Positions 39,734 through 50,705 of a stretch of 64,000 nucleotides of DNA are shown piece by piece. Source of the stretch: Rubripirellula sp. (lineage in GTDB: Bacteria; Planctomycetota; Planctomycetia; Pirellulales; Pirellulaceae); NCBI GenBank assembly GCA_965216875.1, contig OZ244207.1:2368001-2432000 (forward strand), given 5' to 3'. The notes under the pieces are model-generated. The model was given only the letters and a program-made list of their open reading frames with translations, was not told where the DNA came from and did not search any database. The position numbers and the translations under genes were made by a program. The stretch's first letter is position 1. Every line of letters starts with the position of its first letter.

Positions 39734-40402
39734 GTGCCGAACCTCATTCTCATCCCAACGCCTCAGGAAGAAGCGATCCTCAAGCCGCGAATCGATGCAA
39801 ACGTTGATTCCGAGCATTGGGCGATCCAGCTTTGCGGATTTGGCCCCGTGGTTGCGGCGGCAAGAGCGGCGGCACTCGTGTCGAGGTACAAGCCGGAACG
39901 CGTCATCTTGGTGGGAATCGCGGGTACCTTTGACGAAGCGCTGTTGCCGGTTGGCTCAGCATGCCGATTCGATCGTGTTGCCAGCTACGGAATCGGTGCA
40001 GGCTCGGGCGCTAACTTTGTCACCGCAAAGGCGATGGGCTTCGAGCAGTTTGCCGGGGGCGCCGAACCGCACGTGGGAGATACCATTCCTCTGGTCTCGA
40101 CCTTCATCAGCGAAATCCCCTGCGAAGGACTTTTGCTAACCAGCTGTGCCGCGTCCGCCACCGCTGACGAAGTCTCCTTCAAACGCTCGCACTACACCGA
40201 CGCTGTTGCTGAGGACATGGAAGGATTCGGGGTCGCGACAGCGTGTCTGCTTGCCGGAGTACCGCTGCAAATCGTACGGGGCATTTCCAATCGCGTTGGC
40301 AACCGCAACACCAAACAGTGGCTGATTGACCAAGCACTGCATGAGGCGGCAAACTTGGTCAACGCGATCGCCAATCGAGCATGGTTGCCATCGCCCACTT
40401 AA
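39734..40402 (+). CDS. mqnB: Futalosine hydrolase (PNP/MTAN family)
   Basis: CGFGPVVAAA, LVGIAG, AEDMEGFGVA, RGISNRVGNR; adjacent to mqnD. Confidence 0.85.
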   Translation: MPNLILIPTPQEEAILKPRIDANVDSEHWAIQLCGFGPVVAAARAAALVSRYKPERVILVGIAGTFDEALLPVGSACRFDRVASYGIGAGSGANFVTAKAMGFEQFAGGAEPHVGDTIPLVSTFISEIPCEGLLLTSCAASATADEVSFKRSHYTDAVAEDMEGFGVATACLLAGVPLQIVRGISNRVGNRNTKQWLIDQALHEAANLVNAIANRAWLPSPT

Positions 40403-40434
40403 GTGAACCGACACGCCAGCCTGCTAGACGTACG

Positions 40435-41289
40435 ATGAGCCGAGAGCCACAGCGAGTTCGACTCGCGATTTCCACCTGCCCGAACGACACCTTCGCTTTT
40501 CACGGGCTCATCAATCGAAAGGTCGATTGGCGGGGCCTCGATTTTGAGATTCAACTGCTCGACATCCAACAGCTCAACAACCTGCTTTGGACCGACGATT
40601 TTGATGTCGCCAAGGCAAGCTTTCACGCAGCCCTACATCTGTCCGATTCGACCGTGGTTTTGCCGAGCGGTTCTGCACTCGGTTTCGGTGTCGGGCCGCT
40701 ACTCCTTTCTGCCACTGTGGGTGAGCAGCCAAAAGACGCATCTCAGCTGACGCTTTGTCCGGGAAAACACACCACCGCAGCGATGCTCTTTGCCCTTTTC
40801 TATCCCGAGACAACGCGCGTTGACCACTGTGTTTTTTCGGACATCATGCCCCGTCTTCAAGCCAATGAAGCCAATTTTGGTGTCTGCATCCATGAAGGAA
40901 GATTCACGTGGCAACAGCAAGGCCTGGGCCTCGTCGCTGATCTAGGCACGCTTTGGGAGGAAGCGACCAGTTGCCCGCTCCCGCTCGGTGGGATCCTCGC
41001 CCGGCGATCACTTGGTCCCGAAACCATTGCAACGGTCCAAGCTGTCATCTCCGATTCACTCGAGTACGGGCTCGCCAACCGGCCCGACACCCTCCCAACC
41101 ATGCGGGAGCATGCGCAGGAATTCGACGACGACGTCCTAATCGCGCACGTCGATCTCTACGTGAATGAGTGGACACGTTGTTTGGGAGAGCAGGGCGAAC
41201 GTGCTCTGCAGGTCCTCTCCGAAAAAGCGAAAAGCATCGGCCTGATCGGTTCAAACCAACCCGCCATCGAAGTCTTCAAGCAATCGTAG
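40435..41289 (+). CDS. mqnD: 1,4-dihydroxy-6-naphthoate synthase
   Basis: STCPNDTF, DIQQLN, ALGFGVGPLL, PGKHTTA, IHEGRFT, PLPLGG, HVDLYVNE. Confidence 0.92.
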   Translation: MSREPQRVRLAISTCPNDTFAFHGLINRKVDWRGLDFEIQLLDIQQLNNLLWTDDFDVAKASFHAALHLSDSTVVLPSGSALGFGVGPLLLSATVGEQPKDASQLTLCPGKHTTAAMLFALFYPETTRVDHCVFSDIMPRLQANEANFGVCIHEGRFTWQQQGLGLVADLGTLWEEATSCPLPLGGILARRSLGPETIATVQAVISDSLEYGLANRPDTLPTMREHAQEFDDDVLIAHVDLYVNEWTRCLGEQGERALQVLSEKAKSIGLIGSNQPAIEVFKQS

Positions 41290-41379
41290 TCGTCCAGTAG
41301 CGCCGGACCAAAACCTAGACGAGCGACTCTTCCTCGCGTTCGTGCTCGTACACGTACTTACCTAATCAAAAACACCGGC

Positions 41380-41604
41380 GGCGAGCGCTGCGGATTGCAA
41401 TTGCACTCCCACCAGAGCAACTTCTTGCGCAGTTTGGGCGGTGCCCGTGAGCCGCTGGCCGTCAGGCCTCGGGCCCTTGCCGACGCGCAGCTGGTGTGTA
41501 GGCGTTTAAGGCCCGGCCGCTTACGCAATCGCGGCTCCGTTGGGTGAACTTCGGCAAGGATTACTGCTAGTGGAAGCGCAATTGCAATCCGTCGCACTAT
41601 CGCC
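41380..41604. repeat. Composite palindromic element: family B repeat (41447-41555) nested within an outer imperfect inverted repeat
   Basis: CGGATTGCAATTGC (41391-41404) and GCAATTGCAATCCG (41578-41591) flank a family B copy. Confidence 0.65.
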
Positions 41605-41751
41605 ATGCCGCTCAAGGCGAGCCGAAAATCGCGTCCCGCCGCGCAGTCAACAAGAACGTGATCGTCAAGCTGCGACGCGCGCAGCAAATCGTTAACATGG
41701 TTGCATAACGATGCAATTGTCTTCTCGTTTTGCCCCAATCTGGACTTTGCG

Positions 41752-42480
41752 ATGACTGCATACGAACGAACGTGGCCCGTTCCTGATCGCAAATGGACGA
41801 TGCGGATGAACTGGCATGAACTGCTGTTCATGCATTGGAGGGTTCCGGTGGAACCGCTGCGAAAGTTGATCCCAAAGTGCCTTGATGTCGACACCTTTGG
41901 CGAAGATGCATGGATTGGTGTCGTGCCGTTTCGCATGAGCGGTGTTTCGCACCGTTTGCTGCCCAACCTTCCTGGTGTCTCCGCCTTTCCCGAGTTGAAC
42001 GTCCGCACCTATGTGCGCGACAACGGCAAAAAGCCGGGCGTTTGGTTTTTCAGCTTGGACGCAACCAGCTGGTTGGCGGTCCGCATGGCCCGCAAGCTGT
42101 TTCACCTTCCCTACATGGACGCAAAAATCAATTGCACGCGTGAAGGCGACGAAATCAATTACAGCAGCGAGCGTACTCACAAAGGGAAACGCCACGTCAA
42201 GTTGGACGTGACCTACGAACCGATCGGCGATCCCTACACAACCAAACCGGACACTCTCGAGCACTTCCTGACGGCACGCTACTGTTTGTATTGTCGCAAC
42301 GGCAGCAAGGTTTATCGTGGCGAAATCCTGCATCCCGCTTGGAAACTGCAAGATGCCAAATGCGAGATTCGCAAGAATACAATGACCGAGAGCGTGGTTC
42401 CGCTTCCCGATGAAGCGCCCTTGTTGCACTACGCCGAACGCACGGAAGTCGTCGCGTGGTCCAACGAACGAATCAACTAG
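41752..42480 (+). CDS. YqjF/DUF2071 family protein
   Basis: W.ELLFMHW, AWIGVVPF.M, FPELNVRTYV, PGVWFFSLDA, FLTARY, H..W. Confidence 0.9.
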   Translation: MTAYERTWPVPDRKWTMRMNWHELLFMHWRVPVEPLRKLIPKCLDVDTFGEDAWIGVVPFRMSGVSHRLLPNLPGVSAFPELNVRTYVRDNGKKPGVWFFSLDATSWLAVRMARKLFHLPYMDAKINCTREGDEINYSSERTHKGKRHVKLDVTYEPIGDPYTTKPDTLEHFLTARYCLYCRNGSKVYRGEILHPAWKLQDAKCEIRKNTMTESVVPLPDEAPLLHYAERTEVVAWSNERIN

Positions 42481-42564
42481 GCACGGTCCACAGAATCGAC
42501 TCACCCTGCGTTTTCGCGCCGCAACAAGTGAACTTTCGCGACCGTTTGTGCCTTCAGGCAAACA

Positions 42565-42673
42565 CCCTCCCGCTTGCGGGAGGGTCGGACGCAAAGTCCG
42601 GGGAGGGAATGATCGTTACAAAACCGACCCTCTACGGGCCCTCGAGCCCGACTCTTCCAAGGGAGAGTGTTTG
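42565..42673 (+). repeat. Palindromic repeat family C (CCCTCCCGC..GCGGGAGGG...GGGAGAGTG), copy 1
   Basis: Highly similar to 60534-60637. Confidence 0.85.
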
Positions 42674-42692
42674 CCAATCAACGCGATGCCCG

Positions 42693-43685
42693 CTAGTTGA
42701 CGATGTTCCGAAGTCGCTGACCGGTGAGTGCTCGCCGGCAAGCTTCCGCGCCCTTGCGGCGCATATCAAGCAAACCTTCTTCGCAGTAGAACGCAGAATG
42801 TGGGTTCACGATCAATCGCTCATAGGCAGGGTGCGACGGATCACGCCATGCTTTCAGCAGAGCGTTGTCGCTTGATGGCGGCTCCACGGCAAGCACATCA
42901 ATCGCGGCACCAGCGAGTTTGCCACTTTCGAGTGCAGCGGGGATCGCGTCCGTATCAACGACATCACCGCGCGCGGTGTTGACCAAATAGCTTCCGTCGG
43001 GCAACCACTGCAACGTCTCGGCATTGATCATGTGTCGCGACTCATCGTTAAGCGGGCAGTGCAGACTAAGGATGAACGACTCGGCCATGAGTTCCTTGAG
43101 CGATTCGACGCGAGTCACTCCGATTGCTTTGTCGTATCCATCCGGTTTGAACGGATCGTAAAAGCGAACGTCCATCCCCATCGCCAAAGCACGGCGTGCT
43201 GTCGCTGTCCCAATCCGTCCCAAACCGACGATCCCAAACACGCGACTGCGATGGCGATACAACGGGCTGGCGACGTGATACATCCACGGATCAGGCTGCT
43301 GCCGCATCCTTTGATTGTAAAGATGGATTCCGCGCGTTAGCGCAAGCGCCATGCCGATCGCCGAATCGGCAACTTCTTCGGTGCCATAATCGGGAACGTT
43401 CGCCACAGGTATGCCACGTTCTTTGGCGAGATTGCGATCGACGTTGTCAAACCCCACACCACAGCGAACGATCAATTTGCACTCGGTCAGATTGGCAATC
43501 GTTTTTGCCGACAAGCCAAGATTGTGGTAAAGCATGATCGCATCGGCCGATTCAATCTTGCCCACCAATTCACTTTCGTCCATCGCATCGTGGGCGACCA
43601 CGTCGGCGATGTCCCCAAGAATCTCGCGTTCGACATCGAGTGAGTCGTTAATGAAGTCGGTAATCACAACCTTATGTCGAGACAT
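42693..43685 (-). CDS. D-isomer-specific 2-hydroxyacid dehydrogenase (CtBP-like)
   Basis: RCGVGFDNVD, NVPDYGTEEVAD, GLGRIG, SLHCPL, NTARG, DV..EP, PHSAFY. Confidence 0.9.
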   Translation of the reverse strand: MSRHKVVITDFINDSLDVEREILGDIADVVAHDAMDESELVGKIESADAIMLYHNLGLSAKTIANLTECKLIVRCGVGFDNVDRNLAKERGIPVANVPDYGTEEVADSAIGMALALTRGIHLYNQRMRQQPDPWMYHVASPLYRHRSRVFGIVGLGRIGTATARRALAMGMDVRFYDPFKPDGYDKAIGVTRVESLKELMAESFILSLHCPLNDESRHMINAETLQWLPDGSYLVNTARGDVVDTDAIPAALESGKLAGAAIDVLAVEPPSSDNALLKAWRDPSHPAYERLIVNPHSAFYCEEGLLDMRRKGAEACRRALTGQRLRNIVN

Positions 43686-43717
43686 CGTTTTCCTATTTTG
43701 AATCTTGGAAGTGTTGA

Positions 43718-45277
43718 CTAAAGCGTCGGTCCAACTGTCCATGGAACGAATTCGTGGTCACCGATCCCGAGTTTCTCGCTGCAAGTCTTCTTGCCGCTTG
43801 CAACTTGCAGGGCAAAGTCAAAAAACTCGTCACCAACTGACTGCAAATCCTTTCCCTCAAGGATCGTCCCAGCGTTCAAATCCATGTCTTCAGACATCGA
43901 CTCGAACATCGGCGTGTTCGTTGCGACCTTGATGACAGGTGACGGCTTGCATCCGAAACAGCTTCCGCGTCCCGTCGTGAACATGACAAGATTTGCGCCA
44001 CCCGCGACCTTGCCCGTAATACTGGCGGGGTCAAAGCCGGGGGTGTCCATGACAACCAGCCCGCGTTGCTCGACCCGTTCGGCATATTCGTAAACCGCTT
44101 CGAGTGCTGTTGAACCACTTTTCGAAACGGCACCAAGCGACTTTTCCGTAATCGTCGTGAGCCCACCCGCCTTGTTGCCCGCCGACGGATTGTTGTTGAC
44201 CGTCCCGCCGTACATGGCCACGTAGTCTTTCCACCACTGGATGCGATCGAGAAGTTTTTGGGCGACCTCGGCGTGACGGCTTCGAGCGACGAGTAGATGT
44301 TCGGCTCCGTAGAGTTCGGTCGTTTCGGAGATGATCGACGTGCCACCACACGCAACGACGCGGTCGGACACGACGCCAACGGCTGGGTTGGCGGTCAATC
44401 CGCTGTACCCGTCACTGCCGCCGCATTCGAGAGCCAACATCAAATCGGAAGCATCGGCTTCACGTCGCGTTTGCTCATTGGCTCGATCGAGCAAGTCGCA
44501 GACGAGCGCGTCGGCCTTTTCGATCGTTGCACGCGTGCCACCTTCCGTCTGCATCGTCAGGATAGGCACACCGTCGTCGCGCGTCAGCTTGTCGCCCTCC
44601 GGTGAATAGAGCGACACGACACCATGTTGCTTTTGCAAATACCCCGCGGTGGTTTGCTCGCAGCCTAATCCGACGAAAAGACAGCCACCCACGTTCGGAT
44701 GATCTGCATAGCCACTTAGAACGCGGCCGAGCATCTGTTGCTTGATGCCGCCCAACTCCATGGCGCATCCGGTGGTGTGCGTTGCAGCAAGAACGCCGTC
44801 AACGTTGGGCCACTGTTTCATTCGCTCTTCGGTAAATCGCTCGACGACCTTGTGGCAAACTGACGCACTACAGTTCACGGTCGAGATGATTGCGATGTAG
44901 TTTCGCGTCCCGACTCGACCATCCGGTCGATGAAAGCCCTGGAAAGTTCGATGAAGTTTTTCCGATTTCGGGGGTGGTGCGACCTTGCCCAAATCACCTG
45001 AAATCTCGTGGTGGTCAACCATGTTGTGGACATGAACGTGCTGTCCCACGTCGATATCGCTGTCGGCCATTCCAATGGGGCACCCGTATTTGTGCACCAT
45101 TTCGCCGCGTCGAACGGGGCGGATGGCAAGTTTGTGTCCAGGCGGGATGGTGGTTTGCGGAACAACCGACCGACCAGCCACCATCACGGGGGTCTTAGCA
45201 GCGACCGTTTTTGTCGCCACAGCCACGTCGTCTTTGTTGTCGAGGACGACCAATCCAGAAGCGGGGAATTCGGGCAT
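43718..45277 (-). CDS. UxaA/GarD family altronate/galactarate dehydratase
   Basis: SAF domain GHKLA..KYG.PIG..HVHVHN, GTRNY, HTTGC, GLGCE, ECGGSD, GNKAGGL, FTTGRG. Confidence 0.9.
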   Translation of the reverse strand: MPEFPASGLVVLDNKDDVAVATKTVAAKTPVMVAGRSVVPQTTIPPGHKLAIRPVRRGEMVHKYGCPIGMADSDIDVGQHVHVHNMVDHHEISGDLGKVAPPPKSEKLHRTFQGFHRPDGRVGTRNYIAIISTVNCSASVCHKVVERFTEERMKQWPNVDGVLAATHTTGCAMELGGIKQQMLGRVLSGYADHPNVGGCLFVGLGCEQTTAGYLQKQHGVVSLYSPEGDKLTRDDGVPILTMQTEGGTRATIEKADALVCDLLDRANEQTRREADASDLMLALECGGSDGYSGLTANPAVGVVSDRVVACGGTSIISETTELYGAEHLLVARSRHAEVAQKLLDRIQWWKDYVAMYGGTVNNNPSAGNKAGGLTTITEKSLGAVSKSGSTALEAVYEYAERVEQRGLVVMDTPGFDPASITGKVAGGANLVMFTTGRGSCFGCKPSPVIKVATNTPMFESMSEDMDLNAGTILEGKDLQSVGDEFFDFALQVASGKKTCSEKLGIGDHEFVPWTVGPTL

Positions 45278-45382
45278 TCTCTTTCCTGTGGTTCCTCACG
45301 TTGAACCCGACGCGTATATTCCGACAAACAAGGTAGTCCCTACGGGCGATTGGCCCCACGCGAAACCCGAATAATCGAATTC

Positions 45383-46567
45383 ATGAAGATCCACGAATAT
45401 CAAGGCAAGCAGTTGTTCCGCCAAGCGGGTGTGCCGGTTTTGGAGGGAATTGTTGCCAAAACCGGTGATGAAGCGGTTGCGGCATATGAAAAGTTGGGCG
45501 GACCGATCGCGGTCGTCAAGTCCCAGATCCACGCTGGCGGACGTGGAAAGGGTTATGTCCAAGACAATACGGACCAAAAAGGTGTCGTCGTTTGCAAATC
45601 GGCAGACGAAGTTCGAGCGGCAGCCGAAGGTTTGCTCGGCAAGACGTTGGTGACGATCCAAACCGGCCCCGAGGGCAAGACCGTCAACCAAGTTTTCGTC
45701 GAAGCGGGTTGCGACATCGATCGCGAACTTTACCTCGGCATCGTTATCGACCGTGCCAATTCAAAACCTGTGCTGATGGCCAGCACCGAGGGTGGTGTCG
45801 AGATCGAGAAGGTCGCCGAAGAAACCCCCGAGCTGATTTTTAAAGAACACTTCGATCCCGCCGTGGGGCTTGAAGCATTCCAAGTCCGTAAACTCTGCAA
45901 GAAGCTGGGGATCTCTGGAGCGGCTGCCAAAGCCGCCTTCAAGTTCCTTCCCGCCATTTGCCGTTTCTTCGTCGACTACGATTGCTCGCTCGCCGAAATC
46001 AATCCTTTGGTGATCACCAAAGATGACCAGATGATCGCACTCGACGCGAAGATCACGTTCGATTCCAACGCGATGTTCCGCCACAAGGATCTTGAAGAGC
46101 TGCGTGACCTGTCCGAAGAAGAGCCGAGCGAAGTCCGTGCCAGCGACGCTGGTCTAAGCTACGTCAAACTTGACGGCAACATCGGCTGCCTCGTCAACGG
46201 AGCCGGTTTGGCGATGTCGACGATGGACATCATCAAGTATCACGGCGGCGAACCAGCGAACTTTTTGGATGTTGGCGGAAGTGCCAATGCCGAACAAGTC
46301 ACCGAGGCGTTTCGGATTCTCTTGTCCGACCCCAATTGCAAAGGCGTCCTGGTCAACATTTTTGGCGGCATCGCACGTTGCACCACAATCGCCTCTGCTT
46401 TGATCGAAGCGAGCCAGACGGTCGGTTTCAACGTGCCGTTGGTCGTTCGACTTGAAGGCACCGAGGTCGAGGAAGGACGCAAGATGTTGGCCGAGAGCGA
46501 TGTGGACGTCATCAACGCGACCGACATCACCGACGCTGCAAAAAAGATCGTTGCTGCAATTCAGTAG
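45383..46567 (+). CDS. sucC: Succinyl-CoA synthetase beta subunit
   Basis: [44 protein letters not shown]. Confidence 0.97.
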   Translation: MKIHEYQGKQLFRQAGVPVLEGIVAKTGDEAVAAYEKLGGPIAVVKSQIHAGGRGKGYVQDNTDQKGVVVCKSADEVRAAAEGLLGKTLVTIQTGPEGKTVNQVFVEAGCDIDRELYLGIVIDRANSKPVLMASTEGGVEIEKVAEETPELIFKEHFDPAVGLEAFQVRKLCKKLGISGAAAKAAFKFLPAICRFFVDYDCSLAEINPLVITKDDQMIALDAKITFDSNAMFRHKDLEELRDLSEEEPSEVRASDAGLSYVKLDGNIGCLVNGAGLAMSTMDIIKYHGGEPANFLDVGGSANAEQVTEAFRILLSDPNCKGVLVNIFGGIARCTTIASALIEASQTVGFNVPLVVRLEGTEVEEGRKMLAESDVDVINATDITDAAKKIVAAIQ

Positions 46568-46633
46568 CCTGCATCGAATACCAATCGCCAAATATAACCA
46601 CCGCACACCTACCAGCATTCAGACGATACGGAC

Positions 46634-47506
46634 ATGAGCATTCTTGTTGACGGCAACACGAAAGTCATTTGCCAAGGGATCACCGGCAACGCGGGAACGT
46701 TTCACTCGCTAGGCTGCAAAGAATACGGCACTCAAATGGTCGGCGGCGTGACGCCGGGCAAAGGTGGCCAGGATGTCGACGGCATTCCTGTTTTCGATAC
46801 GGTCGAAGAAGCCGTTGAAAAAACGGGTGCCGATGCGACGATGATTTTCGTTCCACCACCTTTTACCGCAGACGCCATCCTGGAAGCGGTTGACGCCGGC
46901 ATCAAAGTGATTGCCGCTATCACCGAGGGCGTTCCTGTCGTCGACATGGTTCGCGTCTACGAGAAAGTCAAAGCAAGTGATTCGGTTCTGATCGGACCCA
47001 ATTGCCCAGGCTTGATCACTCCCGGTGCTTGCAAAATCGGCATCATGCCTGGCTACATTCACAACCCTGGCAAGATTGGCGTGATGAGCCGCAGTGGCAC
47101 GCTGACCTACGAAGCGGTCTGGCAAACGAGCAACCTTGGTTTGGGGCAAAGCACTTGTGTCGGGCTAGGTGGTGACCCCATCGTTGGAACGAGCTTCATC
47201 GACCTGCTAAAGCTCTATCAAGAAGACGATCAAACAGAAGCGATCCTGATGATTGGCGAAATCGGCGGATCAGCCGAAGAAGAAGCTGCCGCGTTTGCCA
47301 AGGAGCACGTCACCAAACCGATGGCCGCCTTTATCGCAGGCCGCACGGCGCCTCCCGGCAAACGCATGGGCCACGCCGGCGCGATCATTAGTGGTGGCAA
47401 AGGGACGGCCGAAGAAAAGGTCGCAGCGTTGGAAGACGCCGGAATCGTTGTCGCCCCAACGCCCGCCGACATGGGTGACGCCGTCGTCAAGGCAATGGCC
47501 AAGTAG
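46634..47506 (+). CDS. sucD: Succinyl-CoA synthetase alpha subunit
   Basis: [37 protein letters not shown]. Confidence 0.97.
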   Translation: MSILVDGNTKVICQGITGNAGTFHSLGCKEYGTQMVGGVTPGKGGQDVDGIPVFDTVEEAVEKTGADATMIFVPPPFTADAILEAVDAGIKVIAAITEGVPVVDMVRVYEKVKASDSVLIGPNCPGLITPGACKIGIMPGYIHNPGKIGVMSRSGTLTYEAVWQTSNLGLGQSTCVGLGGDPIVGTSFIDLLKLYQEDDQTEAILMIGEIGGSAEEEAAAFAKEHVTKPMAAFIAGRTAPPGKRMGHAGAIISGGKGTAEEKVAALEDAGIVVAPTPADMGDAVVKAMAK

Positions 47507-47520
47507 CCGCGTGTAGCCAA

Positions 47521-47560
47521 GTAGGCCGGATCAAGGAGCGACAGCGACGCAGATCCGGCA
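47521..47560 (+). repeat. REP-like family A, copy 4
   Basis: GTAGGCCGGATCAAGGAGCGACAGCGACGCAGATCCGGCA. Confidence 0.85.
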
Positions 47561-47580
47561 CTGGTGGTTGTCCCACGGTC

Positions 47581-47680
47581 ATGCGAAAGCGCATGAAGAT
47601 TCCGGGTGAAGCCGGTACTACGAACTTGGCATGCGAGAGCGCATGAAGATTTCGGCTGAAGCCGGTACTACGAACTTGGC
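47581..47680. repeat. Tandem 2 x 50-bp direct repeat containing a minus-strand GTAG-type REP (family F)
   Basis: 47581-47630 vs 47631-47680, three mismatches; reverse strand reads GTAGTACCGGCTTCA[GC]CCG. Confidence 0.85.
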
Positions 47681-47698
47681 GGAGGTGTAACCTGCAGG

Positions 47699-48463
47699 TC
47701 ACGTTCCTCGGCGGTTTCCAAACCAGCGGATTTGCATTCGGTCACAGTATTGAAACGACTGTGATTCACACCAAGGGCGCAGCCACTGGGCCGCCCGATC
47801 CATCGCCTCGATGGTGCTGCCCTGAGGCATGATCCACACTTCCGTCGGATCCGCAGACAGCGATTCAACGATTGCCAAGAGTTCGTCGTAGTCATCCTTG
47901 GAATCGACGACAAACTTGAGTTGGTAGTCAGCCGCTCGATCGATCAGCTTGCGCATCGTCTCGACCGGTAGTCGGCGTTGATTGTGCAGCTTGTTCCAGC
48001 GAGGATGATCGGCCGCGTCGGGAGCGCTCGAAGCGAACTTGGGGCTGATCGACATCAAATCACATTCGACCTCTCGATCAACGGTTCCGGCCGTCTCGAT
48101 CGTGATATGCATCCCCGCCTGGCGCAATTCACGGGCGAGCAATGATGCATCGGCGAACAACATCGGTTCGCCGCCGGTCATCACCGTGTGTTTGACGCCG
48201 GAATCGACGGCAAGTTTGACGATCGCATCGATCGTCAGGGTAGGCCCTGTTGGTTCCCACGAGGCGTAGGGTGTGTCGCAAAACCAACACCGCAAATTGC
48301 AGCCGCTGGTGCGAATGAAAAAGGAGTCCGTTCCGGTCAGTTTTCCTTCGCCCTGCCGACTCGAGAATGTCTCGGCGATGCGCAGCGTCCCCCTAGTCGC
48401 CGGCGGCGACGCGTGCGAGAATTCCGATTCTGAAATTGGAGATCCCAACCTTGACCGACTCAA
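47699..48463 (-). CDS. queE: 7-carboxy-7-deazaguanine synthase (radical SAM)
   Basis: [44 protein letters not shown]; start uncertain (48463, 48448 or 48385). Confidence 0.92.
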   Translation of the reverse strand: MSRSRLGSPISESEFSHASPPATRGTLRIAETFSSRQGEGKLTGTDSFFIRTSGCNLRCWFCDTPYASWEPTGPTLTIDAIVKLAVDSGVKHTVMTGGEPMLFADASLLARELRQAGMHITIETAGTVDREVECDLMSISPKFASSAPDAADHPRWNKLHNQRRLPVETMRKLIDRAADYQLKFVVDSKDDYDELLAIVESLSADPTEVWIMPQGSTIEAMDRAAQWLRPWCESQSFQYCDRMQIRWFGNRRGT

Positions 48464-48816
48464 CTGATTTTCGCGACACGCTGGAAGTATTTGAAAACCC
48501 CAGCAGCAATCGCAACTATACCATCGAACATCATTGCCCCGAATTTACATCGGTCTGCCCCAAAACGGGACAACCCGATTACGGGAAGATCGTCTTTACC
48601 TACGTTCCAGACGAGCTTTGCGTCGAGCTGAAAAGCCTCAAAATGTACCTGCAACGGTTCCGCAATGAAGGGATCTTTTACGAAGCCGTCACCAATCGAA
48701 TCATGGACGACTTTGTTGCGGTCGTAAAGCCGCGAAGTGCAACCGTAGAAAGTCGCTGGACGCCACGCGGCGGGCTCCACAGCAACATCATTGTGCGGTA
48801 CCCCGAACCCTCCTAG
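48451..48816 (+). CDS. queF: PreQ0 reductase (NADPH-dependent 7-cyano-7-deazaguanine reductase, type I)
   Basis: [34 protein letters not shown] 48451 preceded by GGAG. Confidence 0.93.
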   Translation: MTDSTDFRDTLEVFENPSSNRNYTIEHHCPEFTSVCPKTGQPDYGKIVFTYVPDELCVELKSLKMYLQRFRNEGIFYEAVTNRIMDDFVAVVKPRSATVESRWTPRGGLHSNIIVRYPEPS

Positions 48817-48922
48817 TCGAAACCGCTTGCCAACAGCGAATCCCGCCCCTCCTGTGGGCGACCCCCGTTGGCTCGGCCAGATCCCTCCTTTCAACTCCCG
48901 TATCAAAGAGTCCTGCATCCCC

Positions 48923-49918
48923 ATGACGACGCCAATTTTGCTTAGCGGGTTCGCCGACGAGGCAGCCAACGAAAAGACCGCTGTCCAGCAATATGCCGCT
49001 TTCGCTGCGTTGGGCATGAAGTATTACTCGATTCGCTTTGTCGACGCTGGTGAAGGCATCAAGAACGTGATGCTGCTTTCAGACGCCGAAATCAATCGTC
49101 TGGTCTCCATGCAGGGCGACTACGGCTTGAAGGTCAGTAGCATCGGTTCGCCAATTGGCAAAGTGAAGTTGCTCGACGTGGACGACGGAACAGGAAACAA
49201 GTTCATTCCGTTCGACCAATATTTGGCCGAAGACGTCGCTACCGCCTGTGACCGCGCTGAAGCGTTTGGCGCGAAACTGATTCGTGGCTTTTCTTTCTAT
49301 CACCCCAAGGGCACCAAACCCGAAGACCACCTCGACCAGGTGTGCGATCAACTCGGACAAATCGCCGAACTATGCGACAAACGCGGGCTCACCTTCGGAC
49401 TAGAAGTCGAAGCCAACCTGGTCGGTCAAACCGGCGACCTGTTGAAACAACTCGCCGAAAAGGTCAACCATCCTGCGATGCTGACCATCTTCGACGCAGC
49501 CAACATCGTGACTCAGGGCTTCACGGCTGACGAAACTTACGCCCAATACTTGGCGATGAAACCGAGCCTTGGCTGGTTGCACATCAAGGATTACCACGAT
49601 CCGTCGCCATCGGGGCGAATCGAGCATGTTGACGAAGCGAGCCTGAATAACTTCGTTCCGGCCGACATCGGTGACAGCGGTCACGAGGCAATCTTGCGTG
49701 ACCTCAAAGCGTACCTACCCGAACTCTCCAAGCGCGCCGAAGCGCGTGGACTCGATGGCGTCTTCCTCGACCTCGAGCCCCACGTCAAAGGTGGCGGGCA
49801 ATTCGGTGGCTTCAGCGGTCCCGACGGGTTCGGCGTCGCCTTGCGAGGTCTCTGTCGCGTTCTCGATTACGTCGGCATTCCTTACGACCTGCGTTCTTTC
49901 GCGGACATCAAAGGTTAG
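48923..49918 (+). CDS. Sugar phosphate isomerase/epimerase (xylose isomerase-like TIM barrel)
   Basis: LSGFADE, SSIGSPIGK, IRGFSFY, LEVE, FDAAN, HIKD, LEPH. Confidence 0.85.
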   Translation: MTTPILLSGFADEAANEKTAVQQYAAFAALGMKYYSIRFVDAGEGIKNVMLLSDAEINRLVSMQGDYGLKVSSIGSPIGKVKLLDVDDGTGNKFIPFDQYLAEDVATACDRAEAFGAKLIRGFSFYHPKGTKPEDHLDQVCDQLGQIAELCDKRGLTFGLEVEANLVGQTGDLLKQLAEKVNHPAMLTIFDAANIVTQGFTADETYAQYLAMKPSLGWLHIKDYHDPSPSGRIEHVDEASLNNFVPADIGDSGHEAILRDLKAYLPELSKRAEARGLDGVFLDLEPHVKGGGQFGGFSGPDGFGVALRGLCRVLDYVGIPYDLRSFADIKG

Positions 49919-49936
49919 CCAAACAAGGGCATCGCA

Positions 49937-50143
49937 TTGGATTCACGCATCGTCGAACTTGAAGTGCAACTGAGTCACCTCCAGCACATGTACGATCAAC
50001 TCAATGAGGTCGTGACAGAGCAGGCGATGCGTAACGACAAGATGAGCCGACGTATCGCTGAGCTTGAGAATCAAGTCAAGCAACTCAAAGAAAAACCGCA
50101 GCCAGCGTCCGATCCGCTCGACGAAAAACCACCGCATTATTAG
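49937..50143 (+). CDS. slyX: SlyX family protein
   Basis: RIVELE...LNEVVTEQ...EKPPHY. Confidence 0.9.
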   Translation: MDSRIVELEVQLSHLQHMYDQLNEVVTEQAMRNDKMSRRIAELENQVKQLKEKPQPASDPLDEKPPHY

Positions 50144-50705
50144 TACGGTCCCTCTGACTCTTCGTTTGGCTACCGAAACCAGCTGATGCCACGCGTAACT
50201 GGCCGCTGGAACCATGCCTTCAATTTTCTTACGCTTCGTCGATTGAAAGCCGCTGCAAACGCCGGCGCTCAAACACCGTGAGCGAATGCGATAAGACCTA
50301 CTGTTCCATTTCACCTTTTTCGTGGCCTATTTCTTTACCGCGCAAAATCAGATCTGCATGAACGCTTGGACGACGGAGGCGACGTATCGTCAGGCAAAAC
50401 CAATCGCACCGCATCCCAAGCCTCCCCAAACGGGTGTCCCTCACATCCATCTCTCCTTGATCTTGCTGAATAGATCATCTAAAACCTCATTCAATTAAGG
50501 CAAATCAATTATTTGAGATTGTTGTTATTTGAGCATCGCCTGTTTTGATTCACGTCAAAACCTTTTCAGGCGATCGATAGCACACAATCTCGCAGCGGGG
50601 CAGATTCTTCGGCGGCACATGCCGTTGCGATCCGATGCAACCTCCCTGCTGACGGTCTGTCCCTACGGCAGGCTGGGCACACCACAAGCAGATGAGAAGG
50701 GCACC

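Noticed and set aside
39734..41289. Futalosine pathway genes as a novelty
   Set aside because: mqnB/mqnD belong to an established alternative menaquinone pathway; ordinary housekeeping
47581..47680. Possible CRISPR array
   Set aside because: Only two contiguous 50-bp units with no unique spacers and no cas genes; explained as a REP-containing tandem duplication
49943..50314. 123-aa minus-strand ORF
   Set aside because: Overlaps slyX antisense; composition is not convincing
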